IMG/VR virus record: IMGVR_UViG_3300037067_011504
Coordinates: 29,766-93,765 of that record
Origin: a virus
Lineage: Duplodnaviria; Caudoviricetes
DNA: 64,000 nucleotides
Reading direction: 5' to 3' (one strand)
Shown here: one piece after another, positions 18,289 through 28,119 of the stretch
How positions within the stretch are numbered: position 1 is the first letter of the stretch
Layout of the letters: every line of letters starts with the position of its first letter
Notes under the pieces: generated by a model
The model's input: the letters and a program-made list of their open reading frames with translations, nothing else
Databases searched by the model: none
Told to the model about the DNA's origin: nothing
Made by a program: the position numbers and the translations under genes

Positions 18289-19817
18289 TAAAATAATGCT
18301 TTATTAGATGTTTTTGTTTCTTTTGTTTTCTTATCCTTAGACTTTTTCTCATATCCAACTATTACGAGTTTATCCAGACTACGATCTATCTCATCAACAA
18401 ACATGATCTTTCCGTTTGCTTCTGCAATATCATATAGTCTGTCAAGCTTATTAAAGTCAAGTAATGATGCATCTCCTAATATCTGTATAGGAGTAGTATT
18501 CATCTTACACATTAGTTGTGCTACTAATAGTATAGTGTCTGATTCACATGTCTGATGTTCGTCAAATCGTAATCCATTTATTGTAAGATAACCATCTTTA
18601 TCGAATAGAAGATTATCTACCGGGAATTCTCCTTCTGTTATTATCAGTTCTTTTTGTTTTCTACATTCTTCTATTATCTCTGTTAATGAACTACTTTTCT
18701 CAAATACTTTTTGATATTCATCATTATATTTATTATACTTCTCAAGCTTAAGAGTTAATTCTTTCGCTTTGTCGACATAATTAACACCTCTTTGTATGAT
18801 AACTTCCAGTTCACTAATCTTCTTCTGTATATCAGGATCATCAACAACAGTCTTTATCTTCTTATTTACTTCTTCAATAAGTTTATTTGATTCTCCTAAC
18901 AATGTAAGATATTCAGTACGTTTAGCATCATGTAATTCTGTTTCTTTTTTAATGTTCTCTTCTTCTGATTTAATACGTTCTTCAAGTATACGTATTTGTT
19001 CTTGATGATCTTTTATCCGTTGTTCGGAGAATTGTTTTGTCTTTGTAAGATTAAGATTAAGATTAGTAATATTTTCATTAATCCGTTCTTTTTCTTTCTC
19101 TGCAGTGGTTTTCTCAAGTTGAAGATTTATTACTATTTGTCCGGATTCATTGAGTTTCTTATGTTCATCTTGTCTCAATGTGAGTTGTTTCTTTGCAGCA
19201 TCAAGATTCTTTTGTATCTCCGATTCTTCTTTTGTTAGTTCATACTCTTTAACAAATCCTTTTGACAGATTAACCTGATTGTTTACTTTTGTTCGTTCAT
19301 TAAATGATAGTTCTTCATTTGCTTCAAATTCCTTATATTTAAGAAATGATTCACTCGGTAATAAGTTAAGGATATATTCTTTTTGTTTTCGTCTTCCTTC
19401 AGCTGATCTGCTCCATGATATGAATTCCGTGGCATCAACATGATTATACTTAAATATATCACGCATATCGGTAATCTTTGATATCTTATTACCTTCATCA
19501 TCAAAGATCACGAATTTAGTAGTGGTATCGGTAAACTCATATACCACATTATACATCTTACCATCAGGACCAGGTATGATAAACTCATTGGATCCTTCGG
19601 TTTCGCCTATTGTGACCTTCTGTGGAGTATCATCTTTAATCTCATGAGCAGCTCTTAATGCTTGTAGAATGCTACTTTTACCTACTTCATTACATCCTTT
19701 AACAAAATAGATATGACTACCTTGTAATGTAAATTCTTCTTTTTTTAAAAGTTTGTAATTGTAGAATGACAATTTAATCTCTTGTTCTGTTACATCTAAT
19801 AGTTTTTTCTTTTCCAT
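18288..19817 (-). CDS. SMC/SbcC-like ATPase with coiled coil
   Basis: Walker A GCNEVGKSS, long coiled coil, degenerate Walker B/D-loop ILGDASLLD. Confidence 0.8.
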   Translation of the reverse strand: MEKKKLLDVTEQEIKLSFYNYKLLKKEEFTLQGSHIYFVKGCNEVGKSSILQALRAAHEIKDDTPQKVTIGETEGSNEFIIPGPDGKMYNVVYEFTDTTTKFVIFDDEGNKISKITDMRDIFKYNHVDATEFISWSRSAEGRRKQKEYILNLLPSESFLKYKEFEANEELSFNERTKVNNQVNLSKGFVKEYELTKEESEIQKNLDAAKKQLTLRQDEHKKLNESGQIVINLQLEKTTAEKEKERINENITNLNLNLTKTKQFSEQRIKDHQEQIRILEERIKSEEENIKKETELHDAKRTEYLTLLGESNKLIEEVNKKIKTVVDDPDIQKKISELEVIIQRGVNYVDKAKELTLKLEKYNKYNDEYQKVFEKSSSLTEIIEECRKQKELIITEGEFPVDNLLFDKDGYLTINGLRFDEHQTCESDTILLVAQLMCKMNTTPIQILGDASLLDFNKLDRLYDIAEANGKIMFVDEIDRSLDKLVIVGYEKKSKDKKTKETKTSNKALF

Positions 19818-19831
19818 TTTTTTAATTTAAT

Positions 19832-20083
19832 TTATTGATTAATAACAAATCCTTCTCCATTATGTATATTTAGTTTAATATGTCTACACCACCAGGCACA
19901 TACTTGATCAATAGCTATCTGTTCATTATTACATAAATCAAGATATATTCCTATCTTATTAGAAGGGACAAACATATCACTTTCATTTAACCATTCATAA
20001 AATTCATGAAAAAGTTTATCATAATCATCTTCTTCAGGGAAATAATTTTGTAATTCTACAAAGATATTTTTAAACTGTCCCAC
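19832..20083 (-). CDS. hypothetical protein
   Basis: ORF in operon. Confidence 0.5.
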   Translation of the reverse strand: MGQFKNIFVELQNYFPEEDDYDKLFHEFYEWLNESDMFVPSNKIGIYLDLCNNEQIAIDQVCAWWCRHIKLNIHNGEGFVINQ

Positions 20084-20453
20084 TATGTTCTGTATATTTA
20101 AGTTGTTCTCTTACCTTATCAATAGTATTACTATCTACTGATCGTGTCTTATTGAAGAATTCATCGAACTCTTTATGTAGATATTTCTCATGGTTTGTCT
20201 CATAGTTAACACCTAGAAAAAACCAGTTAATAAATCTATTATGTTTAATATCTAACTTTCTTATATTTATTTCATGTCCTAAGTAAGTAAATAGAGGAAA
20301 TAGTATATTTAGTAATGGTATAAACCATATCTCGTACATTATATATTTTTTATAATGTATAGGATCTTTGTGTGTTTGTGCTTTTATATCAAGATATCTT
20401 CCTAAGAAGATCGTTATTATATAACTAACTATTATCAAAATCACCGTCATCAT
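20070..20453 (-). CDS. membrane protein
   Basis: Two hydrophobic segments. Confidence 0.55.
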   Translation of the reverse strand: MMTVILIIVSYIITIFLGRYLDIKAQTHKDPIHYKKYIMYEIWFIPLLNILFPLFTYLGHEINIRKLDIKHNRFINWFFLGVNYETNHEKYLHKEFDEFFNKTRSVDSNTIDKVREQLKYTEHSGTV

Positions 20454-22230
20454 TTATTTCTTTAAATATGTTGTATCCAAGATCTGATATAAATCTGAAT
20501 ATTGAATTAGTATCGATATTGCTATCATCTCTGTTCTTTATCGATTCAACAATAAACAGATTATCTATATAATTTCTTAGATTCTTATTATTACCATACA
20601 AATAAATACTTCTATCAGATTTATCAGATGGTAGATAGTTTTCGTTAAACATCTTCTTTACTATGAAGATGAAGATAGATTTTTTTCTATCTGCTTGAGA
20701 TATATACTTTTCATCCTTTCCTTTTAATCGACTATCTACATAGTGAGAATATTCAGTATATTTCTGTATTATACTCGAGAATGTTATTATTTCTCCATTA
20801 GCATATTTAGATTCATTATTTAATAATGTTCGTAGTTTTACAAATGTCTCTGTTCGTAGATCAGTTATTGCTTCTGTTTCTTTACATCTTTGACTGTTTA
20901 TACTCCATAAATGCTTATCAAAATTAGTTTCTGTAAACTCAATATCTTTTGTTTTAATGAATGTTAATGGTATTCTTTTTTCTTCTCTTATCAGATCAGG
21001 ATACTTATTTATAAGATTAACGAATAGTGCCTGTTGAACATAATCAAGTATCCTGGTTGATCCTTTAAGATATTCCTTACGTGGTCTATAACCATCATCT
21101 ATATTAGCCTTACGTGATATCTCCTTAGTAAAATGATGAATAAGTATCACTGATGATCCTGTTACATTAGCTATCATCTTAATCTTACTGGCTATATGAT
21201 CATCTCTTTCTAGTCCGGTTAACTTACAATCTATTAATCCGAGATTATCTATTATAATAACTCTTTTATGAGTTTTATATTTATCACTAAATTGTCTTGA
21301 CCTGGTTACTATATTACCTATTGATGTTAACTTATCATAGAATTCTATTATATAATCCTGATATTTAACTGATGCTATCTCTATCTTTTCTATGTCTTCA
21401 TCTGTTATATTATAATTTATTGATTGCAGTTCTTTTGTTGTCATCTTCATATCACTTGCAAGGAATCCTCTTATAATCTCTTCTCTATCTTCTTCAAATG
21501 AAAACCATTGAACAGCAAGATTAGGTTCGTTAGCAAGCATACCACGAATGATCGATAATGTAAATTTGCTTTTTCCTGATCCCTCAGAACCTGCTATGAT
21601 ACATACATATCCTGTACGAAATGTAAATAATTTATCTATTCTTATATATCCTGTCTTTATTACTCTGTCATTATCTCCTTTGGATGATTTTATTATCTTA
21701 TTTATTGTAGCTGTTAGTGTATGCTTAAAATTATCATGTACACTGCCATCGAATTCAATAAGATCAATTATAAAGTTTTGAATATGACTTATTATATCCA
21801 TAGGATCTATCAATGATTCAAAAGATTTTGAATTTACTTCAGATGATAATCTTATCAATTCTCTGAAGAAATACTTATCCATTATGATCTTAACATGAGA
21901 TTCGATATTAGCTAGTTCCATCCCTGACAACTTAGTAAGATATATTGCACCGTCTATATCTTCTAATATATTATGATTACGCATATATTCAGTCAATATG
22001 ACTAAATCCGGATGTTTATCATTAACATATAGATCTAATATAGATTTATATATTTTTTGATGAATATCTTTATAGAATACTTCAGGTTTAAGAAATGGGA
22101 ATTTACCAATAAGATTATATTGATTGATTATCGTACCTATTACATGCATCTCGATATCGGTAGCTTGTGGCGGTATTTTACCAAAATCAAGAGACATGAT
22201 AGGATTATTCGTTTTTTTAATATTAGTCAT
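20425..22230 (-). CDS. dnaB: replicative DNA helicase DnaB-like
   Basis: N-domain PPQATDIE...FYKDIHQKIY, Walker A AGSEGSGKS, FSFEE, IIIDNL, LKGS, KNR. Confidence 0.88.
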   Translation of the reverse strand: MTNIKKTNNPIMSLDFGKIPPQATDIEMHVIGTIINQYNLIGKFPFLKPEVFYKDIHQKIYKSILDLYVNDKHPDLVILTEYMRNHNILEDIDGAIYLTKLSGMELANIESHVKIIMDKYFFRELIRLSSEVNSKSFESLIDPMDIISHIQNFIIDLIEFDGSVHDNFKHTLTATINKIIKSSKGDNDRVIKTGYIRIDKLFTFRTGYVCIIAGSEGSGKSKFTLSIIRGMLANEPNLAVQWFSFEEDREEIIRGFLASDMKMTTKELQSINYNITDEDIEKIEIASVKYQDYIIEFYDKLTSIGNIVTRSRQFSDKYKTHKRVIIIDNLGLIDCKLTGLERDDHIASKIKMIANVTGSSVILIHHFTKEISRKANIDDGYRPRKEYLKGSTRILDYVQQALFVNLINKYPDLIREEKRIPLTFIKTKDIEFTETNFDKHLWSINSQRCKETEAITDLRTETFVKLRTLLNNESKYANGEIITFSSIIQKYTEYSHYVDSRLKGKDEKYISQADRKKSIFIFIVKKMFNENYLPSDKSDRSIYLYGNNKNLRNYIDNLFIVESIKNRDDSNIDTNSIFRFISDLGYNIFKEINDDGDFDNS

Positions 22231-22244
22231 TATATTATTTCATT

Positions 22245-22745
22245 TTATGATAATTGATTTTGTTTTTTAAAGTCCTGATATTTTAATTTCATTTCAAATA
22301 CTAAAGAAATCCATTCTTTATATTTCCATTCAGGATGTTTCTCTCTTTGTAATGCAGTACTTTGATCTACAAATTGATGAAATAATGGAGCTACTACTCT
22401 GATGTTTTCAGGATTTAATTTCCAATAAGTATATCGTCCTTTTGGTAATACATGAGCAAAACATGAATACCACATATTTGTTTCTTTTAAATCAGTTATA
22501 TCAATTCCTGTGAATTGACAAATAACTCTTCCTTTTTCATTTTTTGCTTTTTCCCAACACCAGTTAAAAAGATCTATTTGATTTTCAAAACCAAATGAAA
22601 AATCTTGTATAGATTTTTTTTGACTTTTATAAGATATTTTTTTATTTACTTTTTTATCTGTACGGAGATATTGATGATTACAACAAAACCCATTAGAAAA
22701 TACATTTTGATAACATCCCTCTTTTTTACATTGTTTCATACGCAA
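22245..22745 (-). CDS. NinG/HNH-like nuclease with N-terminal Zn finger
   Basis: CxxxGC...CxxH; CQFTG, AHVLPKG, NI...H. Confidence 0.6.
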   Translation of the reverse strand: MRMKQCKKEGCYQNVFSNGFCCNHQYLRTDKKVNKKISYKSQKKSIQDFSFGFENQIDLFNWCWEKAKNEKGRVICQFTGIDITDLKETNMWYSCFAHVLPKGRYTYWKLNPENIRVVAPLFHQFVDQSTALQREKHPEWKYKEWISLVFEMKLKYQDFKKQNQLS

Positions 22746-22770
22746 TCAGATTGGTTAATACTTATGTTGC

Positions 22771-23538
22771 TTAGTCTGCTTGAAAACCTCCACAAAGTTC
22801 ACATACACCTTGTATGAATACAGGATGATCACATCTGCAAAAACTATTATTATAGGCTTCATCTTTACTTTCTTCTTTTTCTTTCCTGCACTCATTAACG
22901 TAATCTTCCATAGCATCTATTATCTCATGCTTTTTATACGGATTCATACAGCAGGTATGTTTAAATAATATTTCCTCCGCTGTTTTCCTATTGTCGGGTA
23001 GTGGCTGAACCTTATCCCTGCCTTTTATCATGCCTTCATGCATTGCATAACAGTTCTTATATAGTTGAAGTATTTCCTCTTTGGTAAGTGCCATCCATTC
23101 TTCATCAGTCAGGTCTTGCCATTGCATAAAGTTAGTCTTATTAATTAAATCATAAGCGTCCTCACGCTCCTTCGATGTTTCAAATTTGCACTCATCAAGT
23201 TTTGCAGAGATCATTTCCCCTGTTAGCTTATCAGGTTCGGGCTTTGATTGAAATAATTTAGACGTTAAAATTAATCTTTTACATTCATTTGATAAGCCAT
23301 ATTGTATTTCTCTGCCACATTCAGGACAATTAAAAGGTATGCCACGTTGTATTTCCTGTTCGAGCTGTTCGAGAAGATACCACCTTATTTCTCTCATGTA
23401 AGATTTATCAGGTGGATCATGCAATAATCGCTGATATGAATTAAAGCCATTCCTGTTGCAAAAATAATATCCATCTTCTTTCGGCAAATCATCATTGCTC
23501 TCAATAAAGATTTGTTTATATGTCTTTCCTGTTTTCAT
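22771..23538 (-). CDS. mosaic hypothetical protein with Zn ribbons
   Basis: LPKEDGYY, CPECG, KTAEEIL, CxC..CELC. Confidence 0.55.
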   Translation of the reverse strand: MKTGKTYKQIFIESNDDLPKEDGYYFCNRNGFNSYQRLLHDPPDKSYMREIRWYLLEQLEQEIQRGIPFNCPECGREIQYGLSNECKRLILTSKLFQSKPEPDKLTGEMISAKLDECKFETSKEREDAYDLINKTNFMQWQDLTDEEWMALTKEEILQLYKNCYAMHEGMIKGRDKVQPLPDNRKTAEEILFKHTCCMNPYKKHEIIDAMEDYVNECRKEKEESKDEAYNNSFCRCDHPVFIQGVCELCGGFQAD

Positions 23539-23540
23539 AC

Positions 23541-24035
23541 TTAAATAAATTTTAACAAATCAGTATTCCCATTATAATTTTGATAGTAACCTTGCCCGTT
23601 TTTATAGGGAATTGCAGTCTCAAGTATTTTAGGATTATTGCATATCCATGCATATCTACCCTCATCATAATTACCAAATGCTATTTCGGCTTCTGATATT
23701 TTTATATTGCTCCCTATTAATTCAAAATAACCGTTATGGGTTTCGAAAATAGGATAACAATCAATAATATCTATAGAACCAATTATACAACCAAGCGAAA
23801 GTGAATGACTTTTTAGTACTTCTTTAAAAGGACTTTGCTTACTTATTGCATCTAATTCTGATGTCCATTTCTGAGCAGCGTGAATAAGATAAGTTCCTTT
23901 ATCAACAGTCCAACTTGTAAATGATGGTCTTGTTTCTATCTTTTTGGCTCCAATAACCAATAAGGTAGCCCACGGTTGCCAAAGAGTTAAAACTTTATAT
24001 CGTTTTATTGTTTCACGCGGAAAAAGTGTTTTCAT
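23541..24035 (-). CDS. ASCH domain protein
   Basis: LTLWQPWAxL...GxKxIETR, YLIHAA, GCIIG, GRYAW. Confidence 0.85.
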   Translation of the reverse strand: MKTLFPRETIKRYKVLTLWQPWATLLVIGAKKIETRPSFTSWTVDKGTYLIHAAQKWTSELDAISKQSPFKEVLKSHSLSLGCIIGSIDIIDCYPIFETHNGYFELIGSNIKISEAEIAFGNYDEGRYAWICNNPKILETAIPYKNGQGYYQNYNGNTDLLKFI

Positions 24036-24122
24036 ATTCTTGTAATTAAGTTAGTAATTCTTTTTAATTATGATACCGCCCCTGTTAATTTGTACACAGG
24101 AGCGATAACATAACTATTAACT

Positions 24123-24377
24123 TTAAACAAGTAATCCACAAATTAATTCAATGGATGTTGTTAATTGTCTGTTTGGCTTTTCTCCTGTCATACCATGACC
24201 TGAAGCCATAAGTTTAATAGCATAATCATAACCAAAGTTTTCGTTTACCAATCCCACAAGGTGAGGGAGTGCACAATCATATTCAACTTTTGATTCTCCA
24301 CTCATTGTTTCACTTTGCTTCTGCAATGCTTCAACTATCTTTTCAGGTTTACCGATAAATTGTACTGACCAACTCAT
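24123..24377 (-). CDS. hypothetical phage protein (MSWSV...ASGH family)
   Basis: Recurrent motif. Confidence 0.6.
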   Translation of the reverse strand: MSWSVQFIGKPEKIVEALQKQSETMSGESKVEYDCALPHLVGLVNENFGYDYAIKLMASGHGMTGEKPNRQLTTSIELICGLLV

Positions 24378-24385
24378 TTTATTAA

Positions 24386-24411
24386 TGGATTTTACAATGC
24401 CCGTCCAAGGC
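24386..24411 (-). promoter_or_regulatory. compact H-type RNA pseudoknot candidate
   Basis: GCCU-UGGA-C-GGGC-AUUGUAAAA-UCCA. Confidence 0.4.
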
Positions 24412-24768
24412 TTATTCTTTTGATGAAGGTTTACTTACGTCTCCGTTTTCATACAGCCTGTCAATGATAAATTCTGACATTGCAACCATATCCCGAAGTT
24501 TACTTTTTTGAATTTTACCATCATTAAAAAGTAGAGCAATTTCGACAAGTGTTTTATCATCAGGTTTTGTAAATCTTTTCGTTATCCGTTCTTCTTTCTG
24601 CTTTAATAGGTGGTATTCTTCCATAGCTTTCAAGATAGATTTCTTAACCTTTTTTGTTTCCGTAAATGATATATTGCCGGGCTTAAGTTGGTCATTAAAT
24701 GAAAAACCCATCTCATTTAATTCATTTTCAAGTATTTCCTCTGCTGTCTTCTTATCTTTTGCTTTCAT
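24412..24768 (-). CDS. hypothetical protein
   Basis: KTAEEIL...AMEEY motif. Confidence 0.55.
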   Translation of the reverse strand: MKAKDKKTAEEILENELNEMGFSFNDQLKPGNISFTETKKVKKSILKAMEEYHLLKQKEERITKRFTKPDDKTLVEIALLFNDGKIQKSKLRDMVAMSEFIIDRLYENGDVSKPSSKE

Positions 24769-24783
24769 CTCTGTTTGGATTAG

Positions 24784-24981
24784 TTATTTACGTCTATCGT
24801 GATTTAAATATTTAAAAGAAACTTCATAATGTTCACCAACTTTAAAGGTAGTATCCATCTTATCAAGAACTAATTTAACCTTTCCGATTGAAGGTTCTTT
24901 GGTATGATCAAAAACATTAAGTATCACTTTTGTACTCAATGTTGATTTCTTAATTGATTCACAAATAAATTGGTTTTTCAT
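24784..24981 (-). CDS. hypothetical protein
   Basis: FKVGxxYxVxF motif. Confidence 0.5.
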   Translation of the reverse strand: MKNQFICESIKKSTLSTKVILNVFDHTKEPSIGKVKLVLDKMDTTFKVGEHYEVSFKYLNHDRRK

Positions 24982-25004
24982 CTTTCTTTCGTATTACTTA
25001 CCGT

Positions 25005-25544
25005 TTAAATTAATTTTTTACACAATTCACAATGACCATTATCGTCAGGCCATTTAATTCTGCATTTACATTTTTCCCCCTGCAAATCGGAATTGCCTCT
25101 TATCTCGTCCAGTGCTTTGTCGACATCCTTTATCTTAGATAGATTTGGCTTTGCCTTCTCAATACATTCCTGCAAGTAATTCTCGTCATAATCCTTTGCC
25201 TCAATGACATTAGTCTTTTGATTAACTTTTAAATCAATTTGTTCGAGTGAGAAAGGTAAATTACTACCATAACCAATATCAAAATCCCTGTCTTCATATC
25301 CTCGTTGGTAAGCATTCCTGACTAAATCTTCAACATCTTTTCGTTCTAATGATAATAATTCTCTTTCTACCTCCTCTATCTGCTTTTTGAGTGCGGAGAT
25401 TTCTGATTCAAGTTCTTCTAATCTATTTATATCTTTTAATACTTTTGATGGTGGATATAATAATCCGCTTACATGAACTTGTCTTTTTAAAATTTCAACC
25501 AGTTCTTCCAGTTTCCCGATCAATTGATCTCTTGCGTCTTTCAT
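25005..25544 (-). CDS. hypothetical coiled-coil/Zn-ribbon protein
   Basis: ORF in operon. Confidence 0.55.
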   Translation of the reverse strand: MKDARDQLIGKLEELVEILKRQVHVSGLLYPPSKVLKDINRLEELESEISALKKQIEEVERELLSLERKDVEDLVRNAYQRGYEDRDFDIGYGSNLPFSLEQIDLKVNQKTNVIEAKDYDENYLQECIEKAKPNLSKIKDVDKALDEIRGNSDLQGEKCKCRIKWPDDNGHCELCKKLI

Positions 25545-25762
25545 AATAAGTTACTATTTTCGAGTAATTCAGTTCTTCTTTTATCCAATGCATCTATATA
25601 GCCTTGTCTTGTCAAATGCCATGCCCATCTTTCAAAAGCCACAAAGTATATTGAATCCAAATCATCATTTGACATTTCATCAAATGGTAGATTTCCTGTT
25701 AATCGCATACAACAATCAATATATCCTAATGTTGAATTATTACGTCTTTTAGGTGTCTTCAT
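25541..25762 (-). CDS. hypothetical protein
   Basis: Coupled ORF. Confidence 0.5.
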   Translation of the reverse strand: MKTPKRRNNSTLGYIDCCMRLTGNLPFDEMSNDDLDSIYFVAFERWAWHLTRQGYIDALDKRRTELLENSNLL

Positions 25763-25763
25763 A

Positions 25764-25934
25764 TCAATTTATTTTAATTAACTCGTTCCAAATCTTTTTA
25801 ATCATATCAATAAAATCTTGTAAATTAGGCATTGCACCAGTCTCCCTTATCCCATTATCATAATATTTGCAAGATTTACAGTTCCCTCCTGTATCCAGAT
25901 ATGGACATTGTATATTTTTATAATTGCATTTCAT
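25764..25934 (-). CDS. small Cys-rich protein
   Basis: C...CP...CxxC; start placed at MKCNY. Confidence 0.45.
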   Translation of the reverse strand: MKCNYKNIQCPYLDTGGNCKSCKYYDNGIRETGAMPNLQDFIDMIKKIWNELIKIN

Positions 25935-26005
25935 CTTATTTCGTTTTAAGTTCCTTACTCTCAAATTCAAAGTCTTTCCTGTCTACCAAATACAAGTACT
26001 CATCA

Positions 26006-26563
26006 TTATCCCGGAATAACAGATAATGAATAATTATCAAGTAACTGTTTTCTTATATCAAGTGGAACATGATTCTTAATCCAGATCTTAATAAGATTGG
26101 ATTTATTATCAATCTTAGTTATCATTATTCTATTGATATGCTTATTAACAGAATTAAGTTCTTTTTCAAGTTTTTTTTTAATCTTATTTAGATCTGTTAT
26201 TGTAGGAACACTAACTCTTTTACTATTCCAATCATTAATAAGTTCTAATGATTTACGGAAGTTGAAAATCATTTCAATATCCTTCGTATATAATAGATTA
26301 TTTACTGTTTTAATAGCATGGAGTACTGTTGCGTGATCTCTTTCACCATGATGAGATCCAATTATTGCCAAACTATATCTACTATATTTTTTAGATAATG
26401 TCATTGATAGTTGTCTGGCTTCTACATATTCTCTTTTCCTTGACCCGGGATATCTATCAGGTAAAAGCATATATTCGATAGAAACACCTGTTGCTTCAGA
26501 TACCTTACTTTGAATAACATCTATAGGAATATTCTTATATAATAATTTATCAAGCATGATCAA
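26006..26563 (-). CDS. stand-alone DnaA C-terminal (domain IV) HTH protein
   Basis: SRKRExVEARQxxM...SLxxIG...RDHATVLHAIK signature. Confidence 0.85.
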   Translation of the reverse strand: MIMLDKLLYKNIPIDVIQSKVSEATGVSIEYMLLPDRYPGSRKREYVEARQLSMTLSKKYSRYSLAIIGSHHGERDHATVLHAIKTVNNLLYTKDIEMIFNFRKSLELINDWNSKRVSVPTITDLNKIKKKLEKELNSVNKHINRIMITKIDNKSNLIKIWIKNHVPLDIRKQLLDNYSLSVIPG

Positions 26564-26819
26564 GCTCTTTTATATCTGTCTTTGTTAATGTGAATGTTTT
26601 AAAAAAACCTACTTCATATTTCTTTACATTATTAACAAATACATCCATAAGACCAACGACTATTTTTTCTTTATCAACTTTAAGTCTATTTAAAGATTTT
26701 TTAAGAGCATTTATGATAAATCTTGGATCATCACTATCAGAAGTGAAATAATAACTTCCGGATATCTCAGCATCATTTTCTAATGGTCCTATATTATAGT
26801 TTATTTTTATTTGATTCAT
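26550..26819 (-). CDS. hypothetical protein
   Basis: Coupled ORF; weak terminase-like segments. Confidence 0.5.
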   Translation of the reverse strand: MNQIKINYNIGPLENDAEISGSYYFTSDSDDPRFIINALKKSLNRLKVDKEKIVVGLMDVFVNNVKKYEVGFFKTFTLTKTDIKELDHA

Positions 26820-26831
26820 CGTTTTAATTTT

Positions 26832-27296
26832 TTATGGTTTTAATTTTATTATCTCTAATGCTTCTCCAATAGTAGATAGTTTACTATTTGTTTGTGGGAA
26901 ACCTACGTATATCATTCTTCCTTCATTACGATAATTAACAAGAGTTCTAATATTGTCTATACATGTAATAGGATGATAATTAAGATAACAGTTACCATTA
27001 TCTTTTACACAACGAAGAAACATTTTATAATTTTTATCGAATTCCTGTTTAAATGAATTAGGAATGAATAAACAATTCTTATAACCTTTGATAGATAGTT
27101 TCTCTAACAGATCTCTTTCGAAGATAATATAGAATGGTGCTTTATCTTCCCATATTTTCAGATGACCTATACAAACATCAGTATCACCTGGAAACTGAAA
27201 TACATTTATGAATTTAAGATATACTTCATCACGTATATAGATAAAGATATCATCTTTGACCTTTATCAAAGGAGTTTGTTTTTCTAATGTTTTCAT
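26832..27296 (-). CDS. hypothetical protein
   Basis: ORF with an A-rich Bacteroidota-type initiation region. Confidence 0.6.
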   Translation of the reverse strand: MKTLEKQTPLIKVKDDIFIYIRDEVYLKFINVFQFPGDTDVCIGHLKIWEDKAPFYIIFERDLLEKLSIKGYKNCLFIPNSFKQEFDKNYKMFLRCVKDNGNCYLNYHPITCIDNIRTLVNYRNEGRMIYVGFPQTNSKLSTIGEALEIIKLKP

Positions 27297-27375
27297 AATT
27301 TTTTAGTTTAGTTGTCATTTTTAATATTTATATCAATAACCCATTGAGAATATATAAGAACAAGGCTATTATATT

Positions 27376-27723
27376 TCACGAGTCATTACTGTCATTTGTA
27401 TCTGATTCATGGATGCTTATTGAATGTTTTACTATTGCTTCATATCTTTTAAGTGCAAGTTTCTCATCTTTAAAACACCATGCAGTACTTCCGAAAGCTT
27501 CATTACCGGGATAAACTTCTCTCTTAGGATAATTACTACCAAAATATTCTGATGGAAGTGCAACTTTAATACGAAATACTTCATATACACCATCCCAACG
27601 ATAATATATTGCTTCTGTTTCCGTTCTGTCAATAAGTTTAGCTGACAGACCTGGTATACCTACTCCATAGAAACTATCATAAACTTCAGGTAATCTTACA
27701 TAATCAACATCTTTTAGTTTCAT
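27376..27723 (-). CDS. conserved Bacteroidota-phage protein
   Basis: YEVF...EVYPGNEAFGxTAW motif. Confidence 0.65.
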   Translation of the reverse strand: MKLKDVDYVRLPEVYDSFYGVGIPGLSAKLIDRTETEAIYYRWDGVYEVFRIKVALPSEYFGSNYPKREVYPGNEAFGSTAWCFKDEKLALKRYEAIVKHSISIHESDTNDSNDS

Positions 27724-27725
27724 AG

Positions 27726-27923
27726 TTATTCTTTTATTATTGATAATACTTTATCATATTTTTTTAATACTTTGAGATGTCTGGCATGTTCATAGCAACA
27801 TGCAGAGACTATTTCACGTTTAATAATATCATTCATCCTACCTCTGATGATAAAATTCTTATATTTCAGATCATCATCGGTATAGTTGAATAATCTCTTA
27901 TATATCAGTTGTATCTCATCCAT
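27726..27923 (-). CDS. hypothetical protein
   Basis: Coupled ORF. Confidence 0.5.
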   Translation of the reverse strand: MDEIQLIYKRLFNYTDDDLKYKNFIIRGRMNDIIKREIVSACCYEHARHLKVLKKYDKVLSIIKE

Positions 27924-28119
27924 TAGGTATAAGTGTTAAAAATATGCAACATAGACAAAATATACTGAATAATAGTCCAAAGAAAGCTAATATAGCAAGC
28001 TTCCATACTCTTTGCCGCAGGTAGTTATATAAGGCACATATACAGAATAATATCAATACTAATACGAATATTGTTCCTGTAATAGTTGTTAATGTGTAAG
28101 TAAATTCATCAAATGTCAT
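27916..28119 (-). CDS. small two-TM membrane protein
   Basis: Two hydrophobic helices. Confidence 0.55.
   Translation of the reverse strand: MTFDEFTYTLTTITGTIFVLVLILFCICALYNYLRQRVWKLAILAFFGLLFSIFCLCCIFLTLIPNG

Noticed and set aside
19832-20083. Terminase fragment (FPEEDDYDKLFH versus FPDFWDSDYDFFH)
   Set aside because: Short acidic/aromatic low-complexity match, too weak to support.
20575-20979. Intein in DnaB
   Set aside because: No Cys/Ser start, His-Asn end or LAGLIDADG motifs.
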